Under the pieces are notes generated by a model, which saw nothing but the letters and a program-made list of their open reading frames with translations, did no database searches and had not been told where the DNA came from. Below, one piece after another: positions 17,699-26,938 of a stretch of DNA of 44,243 bases; positions within the stretch are counted from its first letter, which is position 1, and each line of letters starts with the position of its first letter. Position numbers and translations under genes: made by a program. Source of the DNA: Myxococcota bacterium (GTDB taxonomy: Bacteria > Myxococcota > Myxococcia > Myxococcales > Myxococcaceae); contig JBMORE010000194.1 of assembly GCA_049322255.1 (NCBI GenBank), forward strand, positions 1 to 44,243, written 5' to 3'.

Positions 17699-19641
17699 AG
17701 TCCCTCTCGGTGGAGAGCGTGCTCGGCCCCGGAGGCGCGCTCTCTGGAGTGCTCGAGGGCTACGAGCCCCGGCCCGAGCAGCTCACCATGGCCCGCGCGG
17801 TGGAGCGCGCCTTCCACGACCGTGCCTATCTTTTCGCCGAGGCGGGCACCGGCACCGGCAAGACGCTCGCCTACCTCGTGCCCGCGGCGCTCAGCGGGCG
17901 CAAAGTGGTGGTCTCCACCGCGACCAAGACTTTGCAGGAGCAGATTTACTTCAAGGACCTCCCCCTGTTGCGCGAGAAGGTGGGGCTGGAGTTTCAGGCG
18001 GCTTACCTCAAGGGACGCGCCAACTACCTGTGCGCGCACCGCTTCGAGGCGTTCGACCACCAGCCGGTCTTTCCCTCGCGCGAGGAGGGCGCCTTGTGGC
18101 CGCGTCTTCGCGAGTGGGCGCTCACCACCCAGAGCGGAGACCGCGCCGAGGCCCAGGTTCCCGACTCCTTCGCCACTTGGACCCGGCTGTCGGCCACCTC
18201 GGAGAGCTGCCTGGGCCCAAAGTGCGCCTTCTACGAGCCTTGCTTCGTCACCCAGGCGCGCCGCCGGGCCGAAGGTGCCGACGTGGTGGTGGTCAACCAT
18301 CACCTCTTTTTCGCCGACCTGGCGCTGAAGACCCGTCCCGGGGGCGAGGGCCTGGGGGTGCTGCCCCGCTACGACGTGGTGGTCTTCGACGAGGCCCACA
18401 CGCTGGAGGACGTGGCCACCGATTACTTCGGTGTGCAGGTCTCCACCTTCCGCCTCGACGACCTCGCCGTCGACGCGATGGAGGCGCTCGATTCCAAGGA
18501 TGCGCGCGCTGGCATGGTTTCGGCGCTGGCGCTGGTGCTGCGCGGCCGGGCCGAAGCGCTCGCACGCCAAGCACCGCGCGTCTTGGGGCTCGAGGGCGCC
18601 TCGAGCGTGCGCATCACCCGGGGCGGCTTCGACAAGCTTTCGCGGGTGGTGGAAGAGCTGCAAGAAAACCTGGCCGCCTTGGGCGCGCTCTCCGCCCAAG
18701 AGGACGAGCCGGCACTCCATTCGGTGCGGCGGAGGGCGGAGGAGATTTCCTCAGAGCTCGACTTCATCACCCGGGCCGACTCGCTGGACCACGTCTACTG
18801 GGCCGAGACGCGCGGGCGGGGCCTCTTTTTTCGCGCCGCTCCCATCGAGGTGGCCGAAGAGCTGCGCCGCCGCCTCTACGGAGCGGTGGACACCGCGGTG
18901 TTCACCTCGGCCACCCTGACCGCCCAGGGAAGATTCGACTTCTTCGCCCAGCGAATGGGGCTTTTCGACGTCGGCGAAGCTCCGCTCCCAGTGCAGAAGG
19001 TGGCGGTGGCCTCGCCCTTCGACTACGGGAAACAGGCGGCGCTGTACCTCCCCGCGGCCCTCCCCGAGCCCAACCAGCCGGGCTTCACCGAAGCGGTGGC
19101 CGAAGAGGTGGCCCAGCTGGTGGAGGTGACCCAAGGGCGGGCCTTCGTGCTCTTCACCAGCTTGCGCCAGATGGAGAGCGTGCACGCGCTGCTTTCCCAC
19201 CGCCTCGCCTACCCGGTGCTCTTGCAAGGCGAGCGGCCCAAGAGCGCGCTCCTCGAGGCGTTCAAAGCCCAGCCCAGCGTGCTCTTCGCTTCGCACAGCT
19301 TCTGGGAAGGGGTGGACGTGCCGGGCGAAGCGCTCTCCTTGGTGGTCATCGACCGGCTTCCTTTCGCTTCGCCGGCCGACCCGCTGGTGGCCGCGCGCAT
19401 CGACCAGTTGCGTGAGCGCGGCGAGGAGCCCTTCTCTTCCTATCAGCTGCCGCAGGCGACGATTGCCTTGCGCCAGGGCTTCGGGCGGCTCATCCGCAGC
19501 AAGCGGGACCGAGGCATCGTCGCGCTGCTCGACCGGCGGGTGAGCACCAAGGCATACGGCCGCGCCTTTTTGACCAGCCTTCCCAAGACGCGCCGCTTCG
19601 CCGACGTCAGCGAGCTCGAGGCCTGGTTTCGTCGTGGGTGA
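17695..19641 (+). CDS. dinG: ATP-dependent DNA helicase, DinG/YoaA family (Fe-S)
   Basis: YEPRPEQ Q-motif, EAGTGTGKT, KGRANYLC, DEAH, SFWEGVD, QGFGRLIR. GTGA overlap with the protease gene. Confidence 0.93.
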   Translation: MKSLSVESVLGPGGALSGVLEGYEPRPEQLTMARAVERAFHDRAYLFAEAGTGTGKTLAYLVPAALSGRKVVVSTATKTLQEQIYFKDLPLLREKVGLEFQAAYLKGRANYLCAHRFEAFDHQPVFPSREEGALWPRLREWALTTQSGDRAEAQVPDSFATWTRLSATSESCLGPKCAFYEPCFVTQARRRAEGADVVVVNHHLFFADLALKTRPGGEGLGVLPRYDVVVFDEAHTLEDVATDYFGVQVSTFRLDDLAVDAMEALDSKDARAGMVSALALVLRGRAEALARQAPRVLGLEGASSVRITRGGFDKLSRVVEELQENLAALGALSAQEDEPALHSVRRRAEEISSELDFITRADSLDHVYWAETRGRGLFFRAAPIEVAEELRRRLYGAVDTAVFTSATLTAQGRFDFFAQRMGLFDVGEAPLPVQKVAVASPFDYGKQAALYLPAALPEPNQPGFTEAVAEEVAQLVEVTQGRAFVLFTSLRQMESVHALLSHRLAYPVLLQGERPKSALLEAFKAQPSVLFASHSFWEGVDVPGEALSLVVIDRLPFASPADPLVAARIDQLRERGEEPFSSYQLPQATIALRQGFGRLIRSKRDRGIVALLDRRVSTKAYGRAFLTSLPKTRRFADVSELEAWFRRG

Positions 19642-19673
19642 CCCGGAATTGACGAAGAGCGCTGGAGATGAAA

Positions 19674-19699
19674 ATGTATCAACATAATCGTTGAGACGT
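19674..19699 (+). promoter_or_regulatory. Inverted-repeat operator, probable ArsR-family autoregulatory site
   Basis: ATGTATCAAC-ATAATC-GTTGAGACGT (8/10 arm match) overlapping a CATAAT -10-like hexamer, 10 nt before the ATG. Confidence 0.65.
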
Positions 19700-19709
19700 T
19701 GAGGCGTAG

Positions 19710-20057
19710 ATGGACGACCGTCTGTTTCAACTGCACGCCGAGGTTTGCAAGGCGCTCGCCCATCCCTGGCGGCTCGAGCTCATCTGGCTTCTGCGGGGCG
19801 GGGAGCGGCCCCTGAAGGACCTGGTGGAAAAGATGGGTATTCCCCTCGCCAACGTCTCCCAGCACCTCAACATCATGAGAACCAAAGGAGTGGTCGAGGT
19901 TCGCCGCGAGGGCGCCCGCAGCTTCTACCGGTTGTCGAACCGAAAAATCGTTCAGGCCTTCGACTTGATGCGTGACGTCTTGCGGGACCGGTTGGATGCG
20001 AGCAGTGCGATGGCACGGGCGCTGGCCCGGCCCTCGAGAAAGGCGGGTGGAGCATGA
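19710..20057 (+). CDS. ArsR/SmtB-family transcriptional regulator
   Basis: KALAHPWRLELI, NVSQHLNIMR and RREG...YRL winged-helix pattern. Confidence 0.92.
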   Translation: MDDRLFQLHAEVCKALAHPWRLELIWLLRGGERPLKDLVEKMGIPLANVSQHLNIMRTKGVVEVRREGARSFYRLSNRKIVQAFDLMRDVLRDRLDASSAMARALARPSRKAGGA

Positions 20058-20404
20058 ACGTTCTCATCGTGGTGAACGACCCGCCCTACGGCACCGAGCG
20101 GGCGTACAACGCGCTTCGACTCGCCGGTTCGTTGGCCAAGAAGGACGGTGTCCAGGTGCGCGTCTTCCTGGTGGGCGACGCCGCCGCCTGTGCCCAGCGC
20201 GGGCAGAAGGTGCCGCAGGGCTACTACAACATCGAGCGGATGATGGTGGTCGTCACCCAGCACGGGGGACTGGTCGGCGTCTGCGGGACGTGCATGGACG
20301 CGCGCGGCATCGGCGAAGCCAACCTCGTCGAGGGCACCCAGCGCAGCTCTCTGGACGAGTGGGCTGCCTGGACGCTGGAGGCGGACAAGGTGGTGACCTT
20401 CTGA
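20054..20404 (+). CDS. DsrE/YchN-family sulfur-relay protein
   Basis: PPYGTERAYNALRLA, FLVGDA..CA, CGTCMDARG, ADKVVTF. ATGA overlap with arsR. Confidence 0.88.
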   Translation: MNVLIVVNDPPYGTERAYNALRLAGSLAKKDGVQVRVFLVGDAAACAQRGQKVPQGYYNIERMMVVVTQHGGLVGVCGTCMDARGIGEANLVEGTQRSSLDEWAAWTLEADKVVTF

Positions 20405-21567
20405 TGGGGACGAACGTGGGGAAGACCGTTCTCATCTTGGGTGGAGGCGTCGGTGGCTTGGTGGCGGCCAACGCGCTGCGCAAGGCGCTGCCGAAGGCGC
20501 ACCGGGTGGTGCTCGTCGAGCGCGAGCCTTCCTTCGTGTTTGCGCCTTCGCTCTTGTGGCTTTTGACCGGGGGGCGCACCGCCGAAAAAATCTCCCGTCC
20601 GCTCGCCCGGCTCCAGAAGCGAGGGGTCGACGTCGTGCAAGGCGAGGTGGAGCGCATCGACCCCGTGAAGCGGGAGGTCACCGTCGACGGTCAGCTGCTC
20701 ACGGCGGACTACCTGGTCATCGCCCTGGGAGCCGAACTGGCTCCCGAAACCGTCCCCGGCTTACGGGAGTCGGGCCACAACTTCTACACCCTCGCCGGCG
20801 CCGAGGCCTTTCGCGACGCGTTCGCGAGCTTCGTCGGCGGCAGGCTCGTCGTGTTGACCGCCGCCCCCGGGTACAAGTGCCCGGCGGCTCCCTACGAAGC
20901 GGTGATGCTGCTCGAGCACGCCTCGAGGAAGCGAAAGATTCGCGACGCGACTCGAATCGACCTTTTCGCGGCTGAGCCCGGGCCCATGGGGGTCGCCGGC
21001 CCGGAGGTGTCGAAGGCCGTCCGCCAGCTGATCGAGGAAAAAGGCGTCATCTACCACCCCGAGCACGTGGTCAAAGAAGTGGATGTTTCCCACCGGCGGC
21101 TCAAGTTCACCAACGGCGTCGATGCGGGGTTCGACCTGCTTGCCTACGTCCCTCCACACCGGGCTCCGAAGGTCGTGCGCGAATCGGGGCTGGTCGCCGA
21201 AAGCGGCTGGGTTTCGGTGGACCGGAACACCCTCCAGACGAAGTATTCGGGTGTGTACGCCATCGGCGACGTGGTGGCGATTCCCTTGAAGCTGGGTAAG
21301 CCGCTGCCCAAGGCAGGGGTGTTCGCTCATGGCGAAGCGGAGGTGGTGGCGCAGAACATCGCCTACGCCATCACCGGCAAGGGCAAGCCGGCATCGTTCG
21401 ACGGTGAAGGCCAGTGCTTCGTCGAAACAGGTGACGGCAAGGCCGGTTTGGGACGGGGGAATTTCTTCGCTGAGCCCACGCCGCAGGTGAAACTCCACCC
21501 GCCCGGGCGCCACTGGCACGCCGCCAAGGTTCTCTTCGAGAAAGACTGGCTGCAGCGGCGGCTCTAA
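20404..21567 (+). CDS. FAD-dependent oxidoreductase, sulfide:quinone oxidoreductase (type III-like)/FCSD family
   Basis: GGGVGG Rossmann motif, YKCPAAPYE, VYAIGD, LPKAGVFA, CFVETG. TGATG overlap with the DsrE gene. Confidence 0.82.
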   Translation: MGTNVGKTVLILGGGVGGLVAANALRKALPKAHRVVLVEREPSFVFAPSLLWLLTGGRTAEKISRPLARLQKRGVDVVQGEVERIDPVKREVTVDGQLLTADYLVIALGAELAPETVPGLRESGHNFYTLAGAEAFRDAFASFVGGRLVVLTAAPGYKCPAAPYEAVMLLEHASRKRKIRDATRIDLFAAEPGPMGVAGPEVSKAVRQLIEEKGVIYHPEHVVKEVDVSHRRLKFTNGVDAGFDLLAYVPPHRAPKVVRESGLVAESGWVSVDRNTLQTKYSGVYAIGDVVAIPLKLGKPLPKAGVFAHGEAEVVAQNIAYAITGKGKPASFDGEGQCFVETGDGKAGLGRGNFFAEPTPQVKLHPPGRHWHAAKVLFEKDWLQRRL

Positions 21568-22060
21568 GTACCTCCGCTTTTTGCACGAACGTGCAGAAAT
21601 CGAAGGCACTAGAATTCGCCGCCGTCGGCGATCTCTCAGCTCATTTTCTTTCAGTTGAAAAACGCCACAGCTTCTTTTCGATCTTCTCAATCTCCGTGTA
21701 ACTCCGCGTCAGCCCGCAAAGTGGGTTGCGATGTCGGAAGCGCGACGCGACAGGTGGGCGGTCGCCCCCCGTGGCTTATCTTCGACTGCAACCACGGCCA
21801 GCGGGAAGGATTCGTTGTCGAGGATGAGGTGGTGTTGTGCGGGCAGGACCGCGGCCGCTCGTGTGGCATGGAACGCATCCGGTCATTCGTCGAGGCTCGC
21901 GCGGCTTCTGCATCGCCGTCGTTGCCGCCGCTTGCGGGCGGCCGCGCTGCTGCGCAAGGCCATGCGTTCCCCGCGCTCATCACGCGCGAGTAGGTGGCAC
22001 TGCGAGACGTTTGGTCCTGCCCTGGGGCTCCATTGGTGAGGCATTTGTTTTTGACTAGAC

Positions 22061-22089
22061 TAGATATGTTATTTTTGCCCTACCATAAT
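22061..22089 (+). promoter_or_regulatory. AT-rich sigma70-like promoter (TAGATA-N17-CATAAT) inside an inverted repeat
   Basis: AT-rich patch in GC-rich DNA, CCATAA-TGTAT-TTATGG palindrome, ATG at 22096. Confidence 0.4.
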
Positions 22090-22268
22090 GTATTTATGGC
22101 AAGAGACCCCGCTGCCCACCCAGGGTCGACCGGTTTGGGGCCGCACTCGTCAGAACGACGCTTCGATGCCTCGAGGGGCAAGCGGAGAAGGTAACGCCGG
22201 CAGCGGCGATTTGAACGAGGAGCGCGCCGGCGAACATGACTGCGGGGAGGCCCTTACGCGAGCGCTTC

Positions 22269-22808
22269 TCAAAGCTCGCGGGACATGAGCAGCCGCAGCT
22301 TGCCGCTCTTCTTCGACACCACCGTGGCCACGGTGGTGAAGCCGGCGGCGCGGTAGAAGCTCACTGCCGCCGAGTTGGCCGGGTCGACCCGCAAGGTGAC
22401 GGTCTTGCGGTGCAGGTCGCGCGCCACTTGCAGCCCGTGCTCGAGCAGGGTTTTTCCCAGGCCTTTGCGTCGCAGCTCCGGCTTGACCACGATGTTGCGC
22501 AGGTAGGCCGCGCCGGGCACCGGGCCGTCGCGCTCGATGGTCACATACCCCACCACGTGCGCCTGCACCTTGGCTACCTGGATGAAGGGGCGCAGCTTGG
22601 AGAGCGCCTGCAGGCTCTCTTCTGGAGTCTCCCCCCGGCTCTTCCAAGGCTCGGAGCCCGAGCGCATGGCCGCCAGAGGCACCATGTCCTCGTCGCTGGG
22701 AATGGAATACTTCACCGAGCCCGCCAGGTCGCTGGGCAAGGTGGAGAGGTCCAACAACGGAGGCGCTACGGTCTTTTCAGGAGTTTGATCCACCCGCTTC
22801 ATCGTCAT
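22269..22808 (-). CDS. GNAT-family N-acetyltransferase
   Basis: IVVKPELRRKGLGKTLL (motif A) and NSAAVSFYRAAGF. Confidence 0.9.
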   Translation of the reverse strand: MTMKRVDQTPEKTVAPPLLDLSTLPSDLAGSVKYSIPSDEDMVPLAAMRSGSEPWKSRGETPEESLQALSKLRPFIQVAKVQAHVVGYVTIERDGPVPGAAYLRNIVVKPELRRKGLGKTLLEHGLQVARDLHRKTVTLRVDPANSAAVSFYRAAGFTTVATVVSKKSGKLRLLMSREL

Positions 22809-22954
22809 CGCCGCTCCTCCCGCTCATGGGGCCCGCACCTCGACGTGGATCTAACCCTACCTGCGCGCCCGTTGCACTAAAGGAAGTCGGCGCACATTTC
22901 CCCGCATCTGCCGGCCGGTGTGGGAAACTAGGACCTGGGATAGCGGGAAAAGCC

Positions 22955-23665
22955 GTGCAACTCAACCACGCTCAACGCGAGCTCACAGTCAAGATCGTCT
23001 ATTACGGCCCCGGCCTTTCGGGGAAGACCACCAACCTGCAGCAGATTCACCAGCGCACCCAGGCCCAGGTGCGCGGCCGGCTGCTCACCGTGGAGACCCA
23101 CGACGATCGCACGTTGTTCTTCGACCTGTTGCCGGTGTTCTTCAGCACCTCCAGCGGCTTCAAGGTGAAGGTGAAGCTGTTCACCGTGCCGGGACAGGTG
23201 ATTCACAACGCCACCCGGCGGGTCGTGCTGCAGGGCGCCGATGCGGTGGCCTTCGTCGCCGACAGCCAGCGCGGCGCCGCCGCCGAGAACAACGCGTACT
23301 GGAGGAACCTGAACGAGAACATGAAAGAGAACGGGCTCGACCCCGCCCAGGTCCCCGTGGTCATTCAGTTCAACAAACGCGACCTACCCAATACCAAGAC
23401 CGACGCGGAGATGGAGGACACCCGCAAGAAGGGCAAAGAGCCGGTCATCGGCGCGGTGGCGATTCGCGGCGAAGGGGTGCTGGAGACGCTCTACGAAGTG
23501 CTGCGGTGCGCCTACCGCTCGATGGACGGGCGCGCCCACCTGGCCAGGAACATCGGGCTCACCGAGGAAGACTTCCTCACCCAAATCTTCAACAACATCG
23601 ACGTCACCGGCACGGCGCTGGAGAAAAAGCTCGGCCGAGCGGCCAATGTGGGGAGGAAGCCGTGA
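22955..23665 (+). CDS. sofG: MglA-family small Ras-like GTPase, SofG-like
   Basis: KIVYYGPGLSGKTTN, RTLFFD, TVPGQ, NKRD. 236 aa with a C-terminal extension and no adjacent mglB; lies upstream of the dif cluster as sofG does in M. xanthus (recalled). Confidence 0.8.
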   Translation: MQLNHAQRELTVKIVYYGPGLSGKTTNLQQIHQRTQAQVRGRLLTVETHDDRTLFFDLLPVFFSTSSGFKVKVKLFTVPGQVIHNATRRVVLQGADAVAFVADSQRGAAAENNAYWRNLNENMKENGLDPAQVPVVIQFNKRDLPNTKTDAEMEDTRKKGKEPVIGAVAIRGEGVLETLYEVLRCAYRSMDGRAHLARNIGLTEEDFLTQIFNNIDVTGTALEKKLGRAANVGRKP

Positions 23666-25143
23666 AGCAAGCGGGGGAGGTGGCCGGATCGCGGCAGGGC
23701 TCGGTGCTGCAGCGCCGGCTGTTGCTCTCGGAGATGGTCGACTTGCCCACCTTCAACGAGGTGGTGAAGGGCTTCGTCGAGCTCTACCGCATCGGCATCA
23801 AGGTTTTCGACGAGCGCAGCACCAAGCTGGCGGACATCAAGATCGGCAACGGCGACTTCTGTGGCTACGTGTTCTCCTTCGCCGAGGGCCGCGGCCGCTG
23901 CACCGCCACGGTGGGAAGAGTGAAGGACGGCTCCCTCACCCCCACGGAGGGTGGGCGCGCCGTGCAAGGAGAGTCGGTGCCCCCGGGCACGGTGGCGGTG
24001 GGCTGTTTCACCGGCCTGCGCTACCTGGTGGCGCCCATCTTGTGGGAGGGAGACACCCTGGGCCGGGTGGTATTCGGGCCGTTCGTGCCCGATGACCTCG
24101 CCGATTTGCCCAAGAGCCTCACCGAGATTTCCGGCGAGCTCGACCGCGACCAGGCCAAAGCGCTGATGGGCAAAGTGCGGCAGGCGCCCGAGGGCACCGT
24201 GGCACGGGTGATGTCGCATTTTTGCCAGTTGGTGGCGACGATGGTGGCCGCCGGCCAGAAGACCTTCCTCACCTCGCAGATGCACATCGAAGCCACCCTG
24301 GAAACCAACCGCGAGCTGGAGGACAAGAACCAGCGGCTGGAGGCGATGAACGCCCGCCTCAAGGAGATGGACCGGCTCAAGTCCAGCTTCCTCGCCACCG
24401 TGAGCCACGAGCTGCGTACCCCGCTCACCTCGATCATCGGCTACTCGGAGATGCTCTCCGAGGGGCTGGCCGGGCCGCTCAACCAGGAGCAGACGGACTA
24501 CGTGCGCACCATCATGGACAAGGGGGAGACGCTGCTCAAGCTCATCAGCTCCATGCTCGACATCTCGCAAATCGAGGCGGGGCGGCTGCGCTTGAACTTC
24601 GACCCGCTCGATGTCGCCGAGGTGGTGCGATCGGCGGTGTCCAGCCTCAAACCGCAAGCGGGCAAGAAGGGCATCGTGGTGGAGACCCGGCTGCCGGCGG
24701 GGGCGGTGAAGGCCACGGCCGACCGCGACCGGCTGCGCCAAGTGGTGGTGAACCTGCTCGCCAACGCGGTGAAGTTCACTCCCCAAGGGGGGAAGGTGAG
24801 CGCCTTCCTCTCCGAGCTGGGCCAGCAGCCCGAGCTCAACCGCGAGGGCTACCGCATCGTCGTCGAGGACTCGGGGGTGGGCATTCCCCACGACCAGTTC
24901 GAGAAAATCTTCCAGAGCTTCTACCAGGTCGACTCCAGCTCCACCCGAGAGTACGGCGGTGCGGGCCTGGGCCTGGCCATCGTCAAGAGCCTGGTCGAGG
25001 GGCACGGCGGGCAGGTGCAGGTGTCCAGCGAGCTGGGAAACGGCTCGCGCTTCACCGTCATCATACCCACGGTACCGGCGGCGGCCAGGAGCGCACAGGC
25101 CACACCTCTTTTGATGCCCGAGCCCTTGGGCGACCGCTTCTAA
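23662..25143 (+). CDS. Cytoplasmic histidine kinase with PocR-type sensor domain
   Basis: N-terminal FC...C...CFTG...API PocR-like pattern; SHELRTPL, NAVKFT, DSGVG, GAGLGL. GTGA overlap with the GTPase gene. Confidence 0.88.
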   Translation: MKQAGEVAGSRQGSVLQRRLLLSEMVDLPTFNEVVKGFVELYRIGIKVFDERSTKLADIKIGNGDFCGYVFSFAEGRGRCTATVGRVKDGSLTPTEGGRAVQGESVPPGTVAVGCFTGLRYLVAPILWEGDTLGRVVFGPFVPDDLADLPKSLTEISGELDRDQAKALMGKVRQAPEGTVARVMSHFCQLVATMVAAGQKTFLTSQMHIEATLETNRELEDKNQRLEAMNARLKEMDRLKSSFLATVSHELRTPLTSIIGYSEMLSEGLAGPLNQEQTDYVRTIMDKGETLLKLISSMLDISQIEAGRLRLNFDPLDVAEVVRSAVSSLKPQAGKKGIVVETRLPAGAVKATADRDRLRQVVVNLLANAVKFTPQGGKVSAFLSELGQQPELNREGYRIVVEDSGVGIPHDQFEKIFQSFYQVDSSSTREYGGAGLGLAIVKSLVEGHGGQVQVSSELGNGSRFTVIIPTVPAAARSAQATPLLMPEPLGDRF

Positions 25144-25871
25144 GGCGCCGGAGGAGGAGCTTCCGCTCCGGCAATCTCCCGGTTCATGTCGCGCAGGAAC
25201 CCCTCGCGGGCCTCTCGGGACAGCCGGGAGATGATTTTCGGGGCGATGGTGCGCAAAACGCCCAGCTGGGCGTCGAAGGGCAGCTGGAGCAGGTCGCCGA
25301 CGATGCCCGAAAGCGGCTCGGAGGGCCTCGCGGCGTGCGGAGCGGGTGCCGGTTTCTTGGGAGCGGTGGAGGCGCGGGCCTGCTTTTGTAAGACAGCGGT
25401 GAGCACCTCGCGCGGCCACAACGCGCGCAGCTCGGAAGGCAGCTGCAGCACCACGTCTTCAATCTCCCCCAAGGTGACGTGCTGGGAAACCACCTGCAGC
25501 ACCGCGCGGGCGAGCCGCTCGGCCTCGGTGAGCGGCACCTCGAGGTCGCCGGCAATCATCTGGAGAATCTCCTCGCGTCCCACCTTCCGCGGGAGCAGCT
25601 CCTCGTGGCGTTCGCAGCGATGCAGAAGAAGCTGAAGCTTCTGAGGCAGCTGCGCTTCCAGGTGCTGCGCCTCGTCATGAAGGAGGCGTTGCTCCAGCGC
25701 GCACAAGACCGACGCCGCCGCTTGCGCCGCCTGCTCCTCGGTGAGGCTGGCGCGGCTCATCAGGTCTTTGAGGAAGTTCTTGTAGGTTGCGCTCGTGCGT
25801 GCCTCCCGCCGCTGGGCGCGCCTTCGCTCGAGCGCCTGCCCACTCAGCGGTCTTCGGGTTCGGTTGGCCAT
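25140..25871 (-). CDS. DUF2267-domain protein
   Basis: VLCALEQRL..EA.HL.AQLP and GEIEDVVLQLPSELRALW; GGAGG RBS. Confidence 0.8.
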   Translation of the reverse strand: MANRTRRPLSGQALERRRAQRREARTSATYKNFLKDLMSRASLTEEQAAQAAASVLCALEQRLLHDEAQHLEAQLPQKLQLLLHRCERHEELLPRKVGREEILQMIAGDLEVPLTEAERLARAVLQVVSQHVTLGEIEDVVLQLPSELRALWPREVLTAVLQKQARASTAPKKPAPAPHAARPSEPLSGIVGDLLQLPFDAQLGVLRTIAPKIISRLSREAREGFLRDMNREIAGAEAPPPAP

Positions 25872-25973
25872 GGTTTCCACCTCCACGCTTCGATATCCGC
25901 ACGCGTCCCTTTCGGGGGAAGGGAGCGGCTCCCTTTCCTTTCGGGGCGAGCTGGGGAAGGCTCCGTTGCCTTC

Positions 25974-26927
25974 ATGCCCAGCGAGCTTCAGCTCATCGAC
26001 CTCTTCACCCGCGCCTTCCCCCGGGTGCCTCCGCCGCGCGGCCCCGGCGATGACTGCGCGGTGCTGCCGCCGGTGCGAGGCGAGCTGTGCGTCACCACCG
26101 ACGCCCTGGTCGAGGGGGTGCACTTCACCCGGCGCACCTTCTCGCTCGAGGACGTGGGGTACAAGGCGCTGGCGGTGAACCTCTCCGACTTGGCGGCGAT
26201 GGGCGCCACCCCCCGGTGGTTTGTGTGCGCGCTGGGGCTGCCGCGTGGTTTTTCGGCCAGCGAGGTGCGCCGCCTCGCCGCGGGGATGGCGAAGCTGGCG
26301 CGCGCCCAGCGCGTGGACCTGGTGGGAGGAAACTTCACCTCTTCTCCCGTGCTGTCCCTCACCCTCACCGTCGCCGGGGAGGTGCCCAAAGGCCGCGCTC
26401 TCACCCGCGCGGGGGCGAAGGCGCAAGACTTTCTCTACTGCTCGGGCACGCTGGGCGAGGCGCGCGCGGGCCTCACCCTTCCCTTTTTTTCGCTTCGCCA
26501 ACGTCGACCCTCGCCGCGTCTTTCCCTGGGCCGATTGGCTCGCGCCTACGCCCACGCGGCCATCGACGTCTCCGACGGTTTCACCCAAGACTTGGGCCAC
26601 CTCTGCGACGCCTCGCGGGTGGGAGCCCTCGTCCAGGTCGACCGGCTGCCGCTCCGCCGGGCGCTGGTGCGTGCCGTCGGCGAGGAGGCGGCCCGGCACG
26701 AGGCGCTCGCGGGAGGAGAGGACTACGAGCTGCTCCTGGCGGTGCCCCCCTTTCGGGCACGAGCCTTCGAGCGCGCCTGTGCGAAAAAGGGGCTCCCCGT
26801 CACCCGGGTGGGGCGGCTGACCCGCCGCCAGGGCTTGCGCTTGGTCGACCCAAAAGGCAAGCGCATTGCGGCGCCGAAGGGGTTCGACCACTTCCGACGA
26901 TTTGACGCCCACGAAAGCCGCGCTTAA
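25974..26927 (+). CDS. thiL: Thiamine-monophosphate kinase
   Basis: [42 protein letters not shown]. Confidence 0.95.
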   Translation: MPSELQLIDLFTRAFPRVPPPRGPGDDCAVLPPVRGELCVTTDALVEGVHFTRRTFSLEDVGYKALAVNLSDLAAMGATPRWFVCALGLPRGFSASEVRRLAAGMAKLARAQRVDLVGGNFTSSPVLSLTLTVAGEVPKGRALTRAGAKAQDFLYCSGTLGEARAGLTLPFFSLRQRRPSPRLSLGRLARAYAHAAIDVSDGFTQDLGHLCDASRVGALVQVDRLPLRRALVRAVGEEAARHEALAGGEDYELLLAVPPFRARAFERACAKKGLPVTRVGRLTRRQGLRLVDPKGKRIAAPKGFDHFRRFDAHESRA

Positions 26928-26938
26928 ATCGACCGGTC

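Noticed and set aside
22918..23661. N-terminal extension of the histidine kinase (likewise 32617 for Uma2 and 31928 for LarC)
   Set aside because: Out-of-frame read-through of the upstream genes with Arg/Pro-rich junk composition.
25872..25973. Canonical TPP riboswitch before thiL
   Set aside because: Lacks the CUGAGA and UGAU-type conserved motifs; kept only as an unclassified structure.
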